Assembly: GCF_902652985.1 (NCBI RefSeq)
Contig: NC_047019.1
Coordinates: forward strand, 6,076,001-6,140,000
Direction of reading: 5' to 3'
DNA length: 64,000 bases
Source: Pecten maximus
Lineage: Eukaryota
Positions within the stretch are counted from its first letter, which is position 1; every line of letters starts with the position of its first letter. Below the pieces are notes generated by a model. That model had not been told where the DNA came from. It did not search any database and saw only the letters and a program-made list of their open reading frames with translations. Below are positions 1 through 11,725 of this stretch, piece by piece. A program made the translations under genes and the position numbers.

Positions 1-1607
1 TAAACTGTAATCTGCAGTTTTTTGTGTGTGTGTTTTTTGTTTGTTTGTTTGTTTTTTTGTTGTTTTTTGTTAATTTTTTTTATCTTAGAAGCCTATGTAT
101 AAACTGTCACTCACCTGATGATGAATTGCATTTCCCCCCATTGACCCATTAACCCAATCGGTTAGATCTAAGTTCTATCTTCAAAGCATCAATTATGCCT
201 TTAAAAAAATAAAACTATTTTTCAGAATGCCTTTAATTTAAGTGACACTTATCGACCATAAAACTGCATAGATGCGGCTGACCTGTCAACACTGTTGTGT
301 GTGACATATACTTATCATATTAGATTATTGCCTTACTATGGATAACACGATAACGTGATTTGTGTTAGTATTATTCTTCACCTTACTTAGAAACATCGTC
401 GTCGACACGTTTGTATAGTAGCAGGAGTAGCAAATTTACTGACACACAAAATGGCGGAGTTAAAGAAAGTCGCTTGTGAAGCGATCGACAGGGTAGCTTC
501 GGAATTAAACGATATTAGTCAGGAATTATGGAAGAATCCAGAATTGTACCACAGCGAGCACCATGCTCACACCATACTGACTGACTTCCTGGAGAATCAA
601 GGATTTCACGTGGAGAGGAAGTACAAACTCGACACGGCTTTCGGGCCACATTCGGTGACGATAGCGTGGGTCCACATGTGGCGGTGCTGTGTGAGTATGA
701 CGCACTACCAGAGATTGTTCACGCATGTGGACACAACCTGATAGCAGAACTGGGCGTGGCAGCCGGGGTAGGAATCAAGGCTGCCATGGAAACATCCGGG
801 CAACCTATTGGCAAGGTAGGCGGGAAGTAAACAAACATTTTAATAACGCGAATATAAAACTTACAAGCCCAGCTGACAACTGAGAGTAAGCGTCGTCTGC
901 CACACCAGTCACGCTTTAGATGAGGTTAAATGTAATCTGTAGCGTCATTGAGTGAATGTATAGCCACGGTAGCCGAGTGAATGCATGTATGTTAACTGAC
1001 ATGTTGCGTTGACAAGTGTGTAATGACATGCATGAATGATGACATGTGTATGATGACATGTGAGTAATGACATGTATGCTGGTTGACATGTGTATGATTA
1101 GATATATTTGCTGGTTTATTTGTGTTTAATGGTATGTTTACTTGTTAACAAGTTTATGATGACATATTTGATGATGTGTGTAATGTCATTGGATGGTTGT
1201 AAATTAGGATTACATGATTAAAATCATGTGTGTTTCTGATTAAATCAAGAATGAAAAACATCTGCAGCATTGTATGGAAAGAGGAATTACTTTTATATAG
1301 CTCAAATATATATCCTACAGAGGTGGCAGAAGGGTGTGTCCGATTGAGGACGTAAAAACTGGCAATTAAAGTTAACTTCTTTTAAAAGGAATTTTCGCTA
1401 AATCTTCTTTAAAACTGGAAGGGTAAATGAAGTAAGACACTGAGATACGGATGGGAATATATTTATTATACAATTTGAATTAATATTAGTATTGAAACAA
1501 AATAATTATTTTAGTTGTTTTGACATAAACCCTCAATATTTATGTGAGCGATGTAGGCCCTGTGGGCCTCTTGTTTACTGATTAGTTGCATTTTATTCAT
1601 CTACTAG

Positions 1608-1759
1608 TTGTGCGTGTTGGGTACACCAGCTTAGGAAGGTGGCAATGGGAAGGGACATCTTTTAAAGAGCTGGGCGTTTTCCGAGTTTGACGTGGTGATG
1701 ATGTCACATCCGTTTCCGTATGACGATGCTCAGCCACAGAATCTTATATCAGCTGATAT
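1608..1759 (+). pseudogene. Alternative exon 2a of copy 1, with in-frame TAG
   Basis: Reads [42 protein letters not shown] at 1632-1634 corresponds to GAG in copy 4. Bounded by tag| and |gtacgt. Confidence 0.85.
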
Positions 1760-2105
1760 GTACGTGAGGTTTTCTATTTACTGCAAGTTTATCATTTTCT
1801 TTGTAATCAGATTTTCACACCTCTGAATCCCTCTTAGCAATAACACACGTCTCCTGGGGCCTGGAGTCAAAGGAAAACTCCTACCATTGCATATTTCATA
1901 AACAGCCTTGCAACCCACTATCTCAAAAGATTTACGTTGGTGAAATACCATTGAGATTCTATACCATCAAAGCTTATTGAGGAATTTTTCAACGAATGGT
2001 ATATTCTGTGTTTCTATGAATAATCCGCGATTCGACCTTGATTTCCATGAAAGAAAGACCATTCCTAACATACCTAAACTGACGATGTTGTCATACATGC
2101 TGTAG

Positions 2106-2253
2106 TTGATGGTGTTAGAAACCCCGACAGGAGAAGGAGGCGCGGGAAAATCCTTCTCGTCGATAAACACGGATTTCATAATATTGACATGGCGATAATG
2201 TCACATCCGGCACCAGGAAATGTTTTAAAGCCACCCATGCTTGCCCGTCAGAG
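2106..2253 (+). pseudogene. Alternative exon 2b of copy 1, frameshifted
   Basis: 148 nt versus 149 nt for the intact 2b at 50758-50906. One base is lost in the Gly-rich stretch and the GTPAEE motif has several substitutions. Confidence 0.8.
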
Positions 2254-2602
2254 GTTTGCGAATCTCAATATTTAATACCTACACATTTTCCGGCTTACTT
2301 GCAGTTGTATTTTAATCGGGATATATTAAGAAGGCGATCCTGAATAATCGTGCTTGCATGTCGATATGTTTGGTAGCACTGTAACATATTCAATTATATC
2401 ACTTTAAGTATATGTGTACAGTTGATATTGTCACCATCCAACATATCTATGGTCCAGTTGTCTCGTAATGCCGTCTATGCATGCAGGTTATTAATGCTCT
2501 GAATATTACGCTTCGTGTCCTTTGGGAGATTCCCTGTTTCCTTTCCTGGAATAGTCTCTATGCCAAGACTGTTCATGTTCTCATTGAAGCTATTCTTAGC
2601 AG

Positions 2603-2751
2603 ATAACTGTTATGGGGACCCCAGACGAGGAAAACGAAGGAGGTAAATTAATTTTGCTACAAAAAGAAGCGTTTGAGAAATTTGATGTAGCTATGATGTC
2701 ACATCCTGGACCGAGTGACGCTCTGCTTCCAAACACAATGGCACTGGATTG
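2603..2751 (+). CDS. Alternative exon 2c of copy 1, intact
   Basis: Reads [50 protein letters not shown]; 149 nt; cag| and |gtcagt boundaries. Confidence 0.85.
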
Positions 2752-3280
2752 GTCAGTTGTAGAAATAAATTTCCATGAATAATCATAAAAGCTGCCCGAT
2801 TGATTAGCATTATATGTATGGTTGACATGTTCCCGCCACTTCTCAATAGACATAAAAATCCTATATGTAATCAGAATACACAGATTTATTTATATCTTAA
2901 CCATTGTAGCAAGTTCTATTACTACAGAAAATGTCATACTGTTTATTATTTCAAATATGTTCCACTATACACATGTATTACATCTGATATATTTAAAGTG
3001 TCACATTTGCGGGAAAAGTTTAGATAATAGGAATGACACTTTGTTTCCAGGGTAACGGTGACCTATAAGGGCAAGGCCAGTCACGCCGCGGCATTTCCCT
3101 GGGAAGGCATCAACGCGCTGGACGCGGCAGTCACGTGCTACCAGACCGTGTCCAGCATGCGCCAACAGATGAAGCCGACATGGAGAGTCCAAGGTAATGT
3201 TTTTAAGCACTATTTCCAAAGATGACACAGAAATTGAGGTTTTGATTACTATTTCCAGTATGTACTTCTTGTGAAGTCTT

Positions 3281-3498
3281 AGGGGCTGCTATGACCGATT
3301 GGCTGAGGTGTCCCGAAACTTTATCACTAGCCCTCCACATGTCTGTCCAGAGTTCGAAACCCAAGTGGGGCAGTTACCTGGTACTGAACGTAGACCGGTG
3401 GTTTTCTCCGGGTATCCATCTTTCTTCCAACTCCTCAACCTTGCATCTCCTTAAATGACTCTGGCTGTTAATAAGACATTACATAAATCAAATAAACC
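3281..3498 (+). mobile_element. tRNA-derived SINE, degenerate copy in intron 3 of copy 1
   Basis: Similar to the SINE at 56151-56379; B-box gttcgaaac and core ggttttctccgggta. Confidence 0.8.
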
Positions 3499-5499
3499 GA
3501 TTGTTAAGAATTTAGGTACTATCTATATTTAATTTTTGTAGGATTAATGTAATTTTAGTTTTGTCATGTTCTATGAAATTGTATATATGACGATATAAAT
3601 GTAATTTTCTTGGTGTAATTACTTCTATAGGAATTATCACAAAAGGTGGAGTAAGGCCAAATATCATACCAGAAGAGGCTTCGTTGGAATATTACATCCG
3701 GGCACCAAATAGGGCGGAGCTTAATGTGCTGCGGGAAAAGATCATCGGTTGTTTTGAAAGTGCAGCAACCGCAACAGGATGCAAGGTAGAGTCCTATGTT
3801 TGAAATATATATCGTCCATATAAAAAGATTTTTATTCGACCTTGAATGAAAAGTGGCTTGATCAATAGTTGAACCAGAATAGCGGAAAATAATTAAATGA
3901 ATAAATTATAATTTTCTAGCGTTTCTTTTTTTTTTTAGGTTGAGTACGACTTTTCAGATATGCCATATTTAAATGTCATCAGTAACCAAGCTCTGGCTTC
4001 GTCATTCGAGACAAACGCCAAGAGCCTGGGGTTAGATTTCAAGAAACATGGACTGCCTGCAGACAATGTTCCCTTGGGATCAACCGATATGGGAAACGTG
4101 TCATACGTTGTTCCTAGTATCCATCCGTTCTTTTACATTGGAACAGACGAGGTCAACCACACTAGGGGCTTCACTGGGGCTACAGGTAAGGTGAATCACA
4201 CTAAGAGCTTTATTGGGGCTACATTATCTATATATTACCTACATCAATACGGTGTTTTCTCCTTTCAAAAATGTTTTGAATTAAAATCAACAATAGTGTT
4301 ATGTTTATGTCCGGAATCATTTGTTTCCGATAAGGTCCATTCCCATTCAATCACTTAGGATATATATTTGATTGTCTCTTAACGCTTCTAATTCTTACAG
4401 ACATTTCCATGCGATGAATTCAATGTTAAATCATTTAAAGTTCACAACAGTAACGTTAAGGTTTTATGAAAGATATGTGCATATGCGATCATACCTTAAG
4501 TATGGGTGTAAATTACCTTTTTATAGTGTTTCATTTTGATGCTAATTCTAGAATATTAAAACAATTTATTCATCCCAAAAGGTGCCGCTGCCGCCCAGCC
4601 GTATACCATACTACAGGGGAAGGCAATGGCGATGACAGCCATCGACGTCTTCACAAACAAAGATATTTTACCCAGAATCAAAACCGAATTCGACGATGAA
4701 CCACAGAGGAAGACTTAATTTCATATGTATGTTGGAATAGTTTATGAAAATATTAAAGCTGCGATAACATTCAACACAGCATTGCATTTTAGTTCATTTA
4801 ATTCTTCCTGATCAGTCATTAATTGTGTTGTATAATATATTGATAAACATCTGAATAATTACACTAACACAAATAAAAGAAATCGTGATTTGTTTTTGTT
4901 TTTTGTTGTTTTTTCCCCCGAATTATTAATATTTGTGAATAAACTTACTTCATGATATTCTAAATATTTTGTGTTTATCTGTCATTGTTTAACGCTACGT
5001 TTCCACATCACTTAACAGACATGCGAATCCTTCAGTCACATTATACTGACAGCCAGTGTGTTACTCGTCCTTACCGCCAACATCGAACCTGAAGATCCGC
5101 ATAAAATAGCATAAATTGTGTACAGGTGGATATTGGCTGGGTTCTGATAAATATGCAGCCTTTTCCTTTTGGTGGCATAGCTGTGGTCATCAACTTCAGT
5201 GATCTCACTTTTTGATCTTCAGGGCTGCCTAAATGGACATTGTAGAGGTATTCGTCTGCTTTGACGGATTAACTTGTGTAATGTTACGAGAATTTCAGAA
5301 TTATTCCGATATGCTAGAGATCGAAACATCCTAGAGATGTCTAATTTCAGGTTATCGTGATAAATAAAAAAAAGAATGGCTGACAGATTTTTTCATATCT
5401 TTTACGAGTAGCAGGTCTCCTTAATAGAAATATAACCCTGAACCTTTTGGACAGCCCTTTCCTGGATTCAGGTACTCCAGAGGTCCCGGGAGTCAATAG

Positions 5500-6045
5500 T
5501 TTAATAGTGACATTTTAGACAGTGTTACTCAGACGGTTTGGGCCCTAGAAAACGGCAAACTCGAATATTCCCGCGAAATTTTGAATGAGCTATCTGACAA
5601 GGTAAAACAGCGTAACAAACTCATACGTATAGCAGATACGTCAGAAGGAGGGTGGGAAACCGTACGTCAATACGAGTGTCACCCAGTAGCTAGTGATTCC
5701 GATGTTGAGAGTAAAATTTGGAGGGCAGAAGCGAGGTCGGTCAAAAAGAAGAAAGATGTGTCTCGCAAAAAATGTCAGCGTTTTACTAGCAAGTCTGCTG
5801 GGTCTCCTGCTGTTAGCTCTGGTTTCTTGGGCGGTCAGGGAGCAGCTAAACCTTTTGGACAGCCCTTTCCTGGATTCAGGTACTCCAAAGGTCCCGGGAG
5901 TCAGCCTGTCTACTCAAGGGCAGGGACATCGCATGGAGGCGGAGCGTGCTTCGGTTGTGGCGAGTTTACCCACTACAGACGGGATTGTCCGTACACAGGA
6001 GGGTCAGGAACCCCGACTCCCCCACAAGTTGTTACCAAAAAGTGA
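5500..6045 (+). pseudogene. DIRS gag-like ORF, 5' truncated
   Basis: RNKLIRIADTSEGGWETVRQY motif and CFGCGEFTHYRRDC zinc knuckle. Confidence 0.8.
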
Positions 6046-6073
6046 GAACAGAGGGACTGTTTCGCACGATGAA

Positions 6074-7851
6074 ATGGAAGATGAGTATTTTCTTAATAAT
6101 CAATTTACACGTGACTATTATGAATACGAACAAGAGGGCAAGAAAATTTTAGTAAAGGGGAGACTGAAAGAAAATTACGATTTCTGGAGAGAAATAGGCA
6201 CTAATGAGTATTTAAATGGGTATAAGATACCATTTTATTCAAATCCTGAAAGTTGTATTTGGAAAAATAACAAATCAGCATTGGCAGAGTCCGATTTTGT
6301 TCAAGAAGCCATTAGTGATCTCATGCAGAGAAATCTAATAGTGAGGTGTAGGGATATTCCACGTATTGTCAATCCATTGACAGTTTCTATACAGAGTAAT
6401 TCTAAAAAGAGGTTGATTTTGGATTTAAGAGTTGTTAACAGACATTTATGGAAGCAGTCTGTAAAATATGATGATATTCGTACAGCACTGATGTATGTCC
6501 ATAAGGAATGTTGGATGTTCAAGTTCGATATACATTCCGCGTATCATTTTGTAGATATATATTTGCCACATACGGAGTATTTAGGTTTTTCCTGGACTTA
6601 CAAAGATGGTACAACTGTTTATTATTGGTTTTACCTTTTGGGCTTTCCTCTGCTCCATACATATTTACAAAACTTTGTCGGCCTTTAATTGCGAAATGGA
6701 GAGGGGAGGGGAAGTTGATGTTGATGTATCTTGACGACGGTTTTGGATGCGGTAAAGATTTTAGTAGGAGGGTTCCTGTCAGAAAGGCAGCCAGTCTTGT
6801 GGGACAGATTATATCCATGAGTGTTGTGATAGGAAATGTTTCCCAAATTATGACCAGGTTTATCAGTATGGATATTACGCAGGCGGTTTCTTGGAATGCC
6901 TATATACAGATATCTGACGAGAGTTTATTACAGTTAAAGTTTTGGAGAGACAACGTTAACAAGGTTAATGTTAAAGTATTAAATGAGGCTGAAAACTGTT
7001 CGAAAATAGTGTACAGTGACGCAAGTGGCTCTTGTTTTGGTGGTTACGAGGTTAATACAGTGAATGGTGTGGCCCACGGGATGTGGACGGTGGAGGAGAG
7101 TGTCAAATCTTCGACGTGGCGGGAACTAGTGGCGGTGTCGAGGGTTTTAAAATCCCTTGGTAGTATTTTGATTGGCCATAGAGTGAAATGGTTCACAGAT
7201 AACACAGGGGTTTGTAAAATTGTGGAAAAGGGTTCTATGAAGCATGACTTACAGTTAGTTGCTATTGACATTTTTCATACTTGTATTAAGTATGCTGTGT
7301 CTCTAGAGATGGAGTGGTTGCCCAGGACATTAAATGAGCGGGCAGATTATCTGTCCAGGGTCTCCGAGAGAGACGACTGGGGTATTTCCATGGAAATGTT
7401 GGATATCATTGTTCAAAGATGGGGAACACTTGATGTTGATTGGTTTTCATCAGTACATAACGCTAAATTATCAGTTTATTTTTCAAGGTTTTGGAATGAG
7501 GGCTCCGCGGGGGTTGACGCGTTTGTTCATTACTGGGGCGACAGTAGAGGGTTGTTTGTACCTCCCCCCATATTGATTCTACGAGTTGTGAGAAAAATCA
7601 TTTACGATAAATCACAGGGTGTTTCGATCGTACCTTTGTGGAGATCGTCTAGTTTTTGGTCAGTGATTTGCAAAGATGGCAGATTTATATCACAAGTTGT
7701 GGATTACATAGATTTACCTACAGGGAAGGAAAGGTTTACACCATGTAAAAATGAGGTTGGTATGTTTGGTACGAAGGATTTGAATTTCCGAATGTTAGCG
7801 TTGTATATAAATTGTAAAGGTTTGAACACGGCAAACAAATTGTTACATTGA
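6074..7851 (+). pseudogene. DIRS pol: reverse transcriptase, RNase H and DAM-like methyltransferase domain; frameshift near 6620 and apparent internal deletions
   Basis: KKRLILDLR, KFDIHSAYHFV, LPFGLSSAPYIF, YLDDG (RT); YSDASG, SSTWREL, WFTDN, NERADYLSR (RNase H); DVDWF..AGVDAF..LFVPPP (DIRS MT domain). Confidence 0.88.
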
Positions 7852-7973
7852 TTGATTTCAATTATTAGGTGCATTTTTGAGGGATAATATGCATTTGTGA
7901 TTTTGGTGATTATCATACATGTACTTTGGAATATACGTGTATATATTGAGTTTGATTTGTATATATTACTTAT

Positions 7974-8180
7974 ACCGCAAGGCGAGATGTGTTTATGTTT
8001 ATGCCGCATGGCGAGATAATGCCACATGGCGAGATGATGCCGCATGGCGAGATGATGCCGCATGGCGAGACTGATACATGTGTATGCCGCATGGCGAGAT
8101 TGATGCATGTTGATGCCACATGGCGAGATGATGCCGCATGGCTAGATTGATATAGTATGTATGCCGCATAGTGAGATTGA
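7974..8180. repeat. 18-bp-based tandem repeat (tgccgcatggcgagatga) between pol and YR
   Basis: About 9 imperfect copies, visible directly. Confidence 0.85.
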
Positions 8181-8264
8181 TATTTTTGTGCGATATAACG
8201 AAATTTGTATGTTCAAATATGCTGTATATTCATTATATTTTCTCTTTTAAAAATGTTTTTTCAG

Positions 8265-9261
8265 TGTTACTCTGATGAAATAGAGGACCTGCCGGAAGTC
8301 TTGGTCGGCGAAGTTGCCCTGATTCCGGAGTTGCTTAAAGATTCGCGGGCTGCGAGTACTTCAAAAAATTACACGCGTGGATCTCAGCGTTGGAAACGTT
8401 GGTTGATAGCTAGTGGCCTAGGAATCGGGGACGCTTTGCCGGCTAAGGCATTCCATGTGGCTTTATATTTAGCCTCATTGACTCAAGCGGCTAATACACC
8501 AAGTCCTGTAGTGAATGCATTTTATAGCTTAAAATGGTTCCATGATTTATATGATATGGACTCTCCAACCAATTCCAATTAAGTCAGGAACGTTTTAGAA
8601 GCTTCTAAAAGGAGATTAGCTAAACCGGTTGTGAAAAAGAAACCTATGACTGTCGATTTATTATTGTTAATGTATAAAAGCAAGTTTGTTTCTGGTAATT
8701 TGAAAAATCAGAGAATCATTTGTGCGTGTTTACTTGGATTTGCTGGATTTTTGAGGAGTGACGAGTTATTGCGTATAAGAGTGTGTGACGTCGTTTTTTC
8801 CAGTGCTTATATTAGTGTTTTTATTGAGTCTATAGTTAGACTGACAAATTCAGAGATGGCGCCTGGGTTATGATTGCTAAAACTGGTACGTGTTTGTGTC
8901 CTGTTAAGAATTTGCAGTTGTATTTCGAATGGGCAAATTTTATTGAAAATTATGAGCAATATGTATTTTGTAATTTATCCGCAGTGAAAACCGGTTACAA
9001 GGTGAGATCGGATAATAAAGCTATGTCTTACACCAATTTGAGAGAACTTTTTTTAAGGCTTTTAAACCTCATGTTGAGGATATTTCTCAGTTTTGTTTGC
9101 ATTCCTTGCGGTCTGGTGGTGCTACAGCAGCTGCCAAGAATGGCATTGGTGATAGGTTGTTTAAACGCCATGGGCGTTGGGTTAGCGAAAATGCTAAGGA
9201 TGGTTATGTGGAAGATGGGTTTCTGGAACGTCTTAAGGTTTCCAAGAGTTTAGGTTTGTAA
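8265..9261 (+). pseudogene. DIRS tyrosine recombinase (phage-integrase fold), disrupted
   Basis: FAGFLRSDEL, then HSLRSGGATAAA, KRHGRW and KDGY in a shifted frame (~9097-9210). Stop at 8580-8582 plus frameshifts. Confidence 0.88.
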
Positions 9262-9706
9262 TCATACAATATATTTTCTCGTTCTTTTGCGGTTCAGCGA
9301 CGATCAATGTGCTTGTTACAATAAATACTATTATTGTTATTCTGTTGTTGTGTTTTTTTTATCAGAAGGTGTGGTATTGCAGGGAAATATAATTATCGGA
9401 GTTTGATGGGACAGAATGAGCCGATAATTATTTTCCCTTCGGTGTCATACTTTCTGATAGGAGGCGCTTTAGGTGCGTAGTGCACGTGCTGGACGTGTGG
9501 TAAGGTATTAGTATAGTCGGTCATTCAGCGGTGTTATAAATCGGAGTTTGATGGGACAGAATAAGCCGATAATTATATTTCCCTCCAATACCACACCTTC
9601 TGATAAAAAACACAACAACAGAATAACAATGCGCTTGTTACAATAAATACTATTATTGTTATTCTGTTGTTGTGTTTTTTATCAGAAGGTGTGGTATTGG
9701 AGGGAA

Positions 9707-10493
9707 CTCATTGTTTGCTGTGATCACGTGTATTCTGAACTCATTGTTTGTCTACGATCAAGTGTGTTAAGAATTCATTGTTTGTCTTCAATCAAGTGTA
9801 ACAAGAACTCATTGTTTGTCTACAATGACATGTAACAAGAACTCATTGTTTGTCTATGATCACGTGTGTTCAGAATTCATTGTTTGCCTACGATCACGTG
9901 TGTTCAGAACTCATTGTTTGTCTACAATCACGTGTAACAAGAACGCATTGTTTGTCTTCAATCACGTGTATTCAAAACTCACTGTTTGTCTATGATCAAG
10001 TATATTCTGAACTCATTGTTTGTCTACGATCACGTGTGTACATAACTCATTGTTTGTCTACAATCACGTATATTCAAAGTTCATTGTTTGTCTATTAGCA
10101 CGTGTGTTCAGAACTCATTGTCTAGGATCACGTGTATTCATAACTCATTGTTTATGATCACGTGCATTCAGAACTCATTGTCTATGATCACGTGTATTCA
10201 GAACTCATTGTCTATGATCACGTGCATTCAGAACTCATTGTCTATGATCACGTGTATTCATAACTCATTGTCTATGATTACGTGTATTCAGAACTTATTG
10301 TCTATGATCACGTGCATTCAGAACTCATTGTCTATGATCACGTGCATTCAGAACTCCTTGTCTATGATCACGTGCATTCAGAACTCATTGTCTATGATCA
10401 CGTGTATTCAGAACTCATTGTCTATGATCACGTGTATTCAGAACTCATTGTCTGTGATCACGTGTATTCAGAACTCATTGTCTATGAGCACAT
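9707..10493. repeat. Minisatellite: 34-bp units changing to 30-bp units (gaactcattg[tttg]tctatgatcacgtgtattca)
   Basis: About 25 tandem copies; the unit loses 4 bp from ~10111 onward. Confidence 0.95.
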
Positions 10494-11725
10494 GCCATAA
10501 TCCGTATCCCTCTATTTACTTTATATTAATTTTAAATCAGTGGCATATGAGTTCGTCTATAGAAATAAAGTATTGTGTCGATCGTAGAGGAGATTTCCCC
10601 CTTTGTCTGATGTATTACCTCTCATCATTGGAGGGATACAGTGCTGTCACGCATCACAAGAGAAAGCGAATTTTTTAACGCAATGGTATGCCTATTTGTA
10701 ATATCCTGTTGTTGACCGCAAAATAAAACCATATTCATATTCTGCATTCGGGCATGCAAGGAAATACTTATCTTGTAATCCACATTTCTCTTTGTCGGAT
10801 GTAACGCATTACGTATTCTGTTCGCCTTCTTCCGCAAAAGTTCAACCATACTTTACCCATACGACTCCATCCGGACGAAGATAAACACTTTACAGTATAT
10901 TTGACAGTAAAAGCCCTTGTATCCCGTTGTTATCAACATATTCTATTAACATAGGAATAATTAACCGTTTACTGAGCATGAAATTTTTATTACACTCACT
11001 TTTAGTAGTACATTTTGAAAAAGAATATATATTTTCCTTCCATTTCAGAGCTACATAGGAAACGCATTAACATAAAAATTTATATTTCAAATCGATAAAA
11101 AACATAAAACTTTTAAATCGACATAAAAATGGTAAATATTTTGCTATATTTATATCAGCGAAATAAATCACTTTTTTTGTTTGGGATATTCATCATTTGA
11201 CGAATTTTCTGGAGGTTTATAGCTTAACGGTAACACACGAACGGTGTTTGGATAGAATGTTTTAATTTTCTGCTGTTACAAATGTTTACAATACTTTAGA
11301 TTGTATACCTGAACATATTTATATTAGTTAAATGCGCTCTCGAGTACATACAACCAAATATTTCTTGTCTTCTACCATTGATAATCGGAATAATAGTAAT
11401 AATAAACAGCGCAAATTCAAGCGATTCCATTGACCAATGAAAATGTCCGTAACATCTGTCGTTATTAACTTATGTCGAATGAAATGAGGGATAACAAGAT
11501 AACAACGACCTACTCGGAAAACGACCAAATGTTGGTTTCCTGTGAATGTATAGCGAAAACTCCCAAAATCGATCTTCTCCATAACTAATCACAACAGAAC
11601 GAAAATGTTATTTACAAAATAGATTCTTCTTTATTGTAGTAGAATACTCCTTTCTTAATGAGTTCCTCATAAATATTCATGACGCGTCGAAAACGAGGCT
11701 ACCGGTGTCTCTAGTGTAAACAAAT

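Larger units (their letters stand above)
451..4718 (+). pseudogene. PM20D2: PM20D2-like M20 peptidase, copy 1; frameshifted in exon 1. Exons 451-815, [2a 1608-1759 | 2b 2106-2253 | 2c 2603-2751], 3051-3193, 3631-3785, 3939-4185, 4582-4718
   Basis: Carries [40 protein letters not shown] and NHT motifs with GT-AG exon boundaries. Exon 1 has a 1-bp deletion at ~642 (gctttcgggcc vs gctttccgggcc in the other four copies), so EYDAL/HACGHN fall out of frame. A consensus error is also possible. Confidence 0.85.
5441..9706 (+). mobile_element. DIRS-class (tyrosine recombinase) retrotransposon, 5'-truncated and decayed
   Basis: Gene order gag (CCHC knuckle), RT, RNase H, methyltransferase-like domain, tyrosine recombinase. 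Complex direct/inverted repeats at 9309-9706. Confidence 0.92.

Noticed and set aside
1632-1634. Programmed stop-codon readthrough at the catalytic Glu of exon 2a
   Set aside because: It is a single G>T change relative to copy 4 in a gene with other lesions; ordinary decay is the simpler explanation.
9707-10493. CRISPR-like array, or the 196-aa repetitive ORF at 10088-10678
   Set aside because: Units are contiguous with no unique spacers, there are no cas genes and the context is eukaryotic. The ORF is a by-product of a stop-free 30-bp unit.
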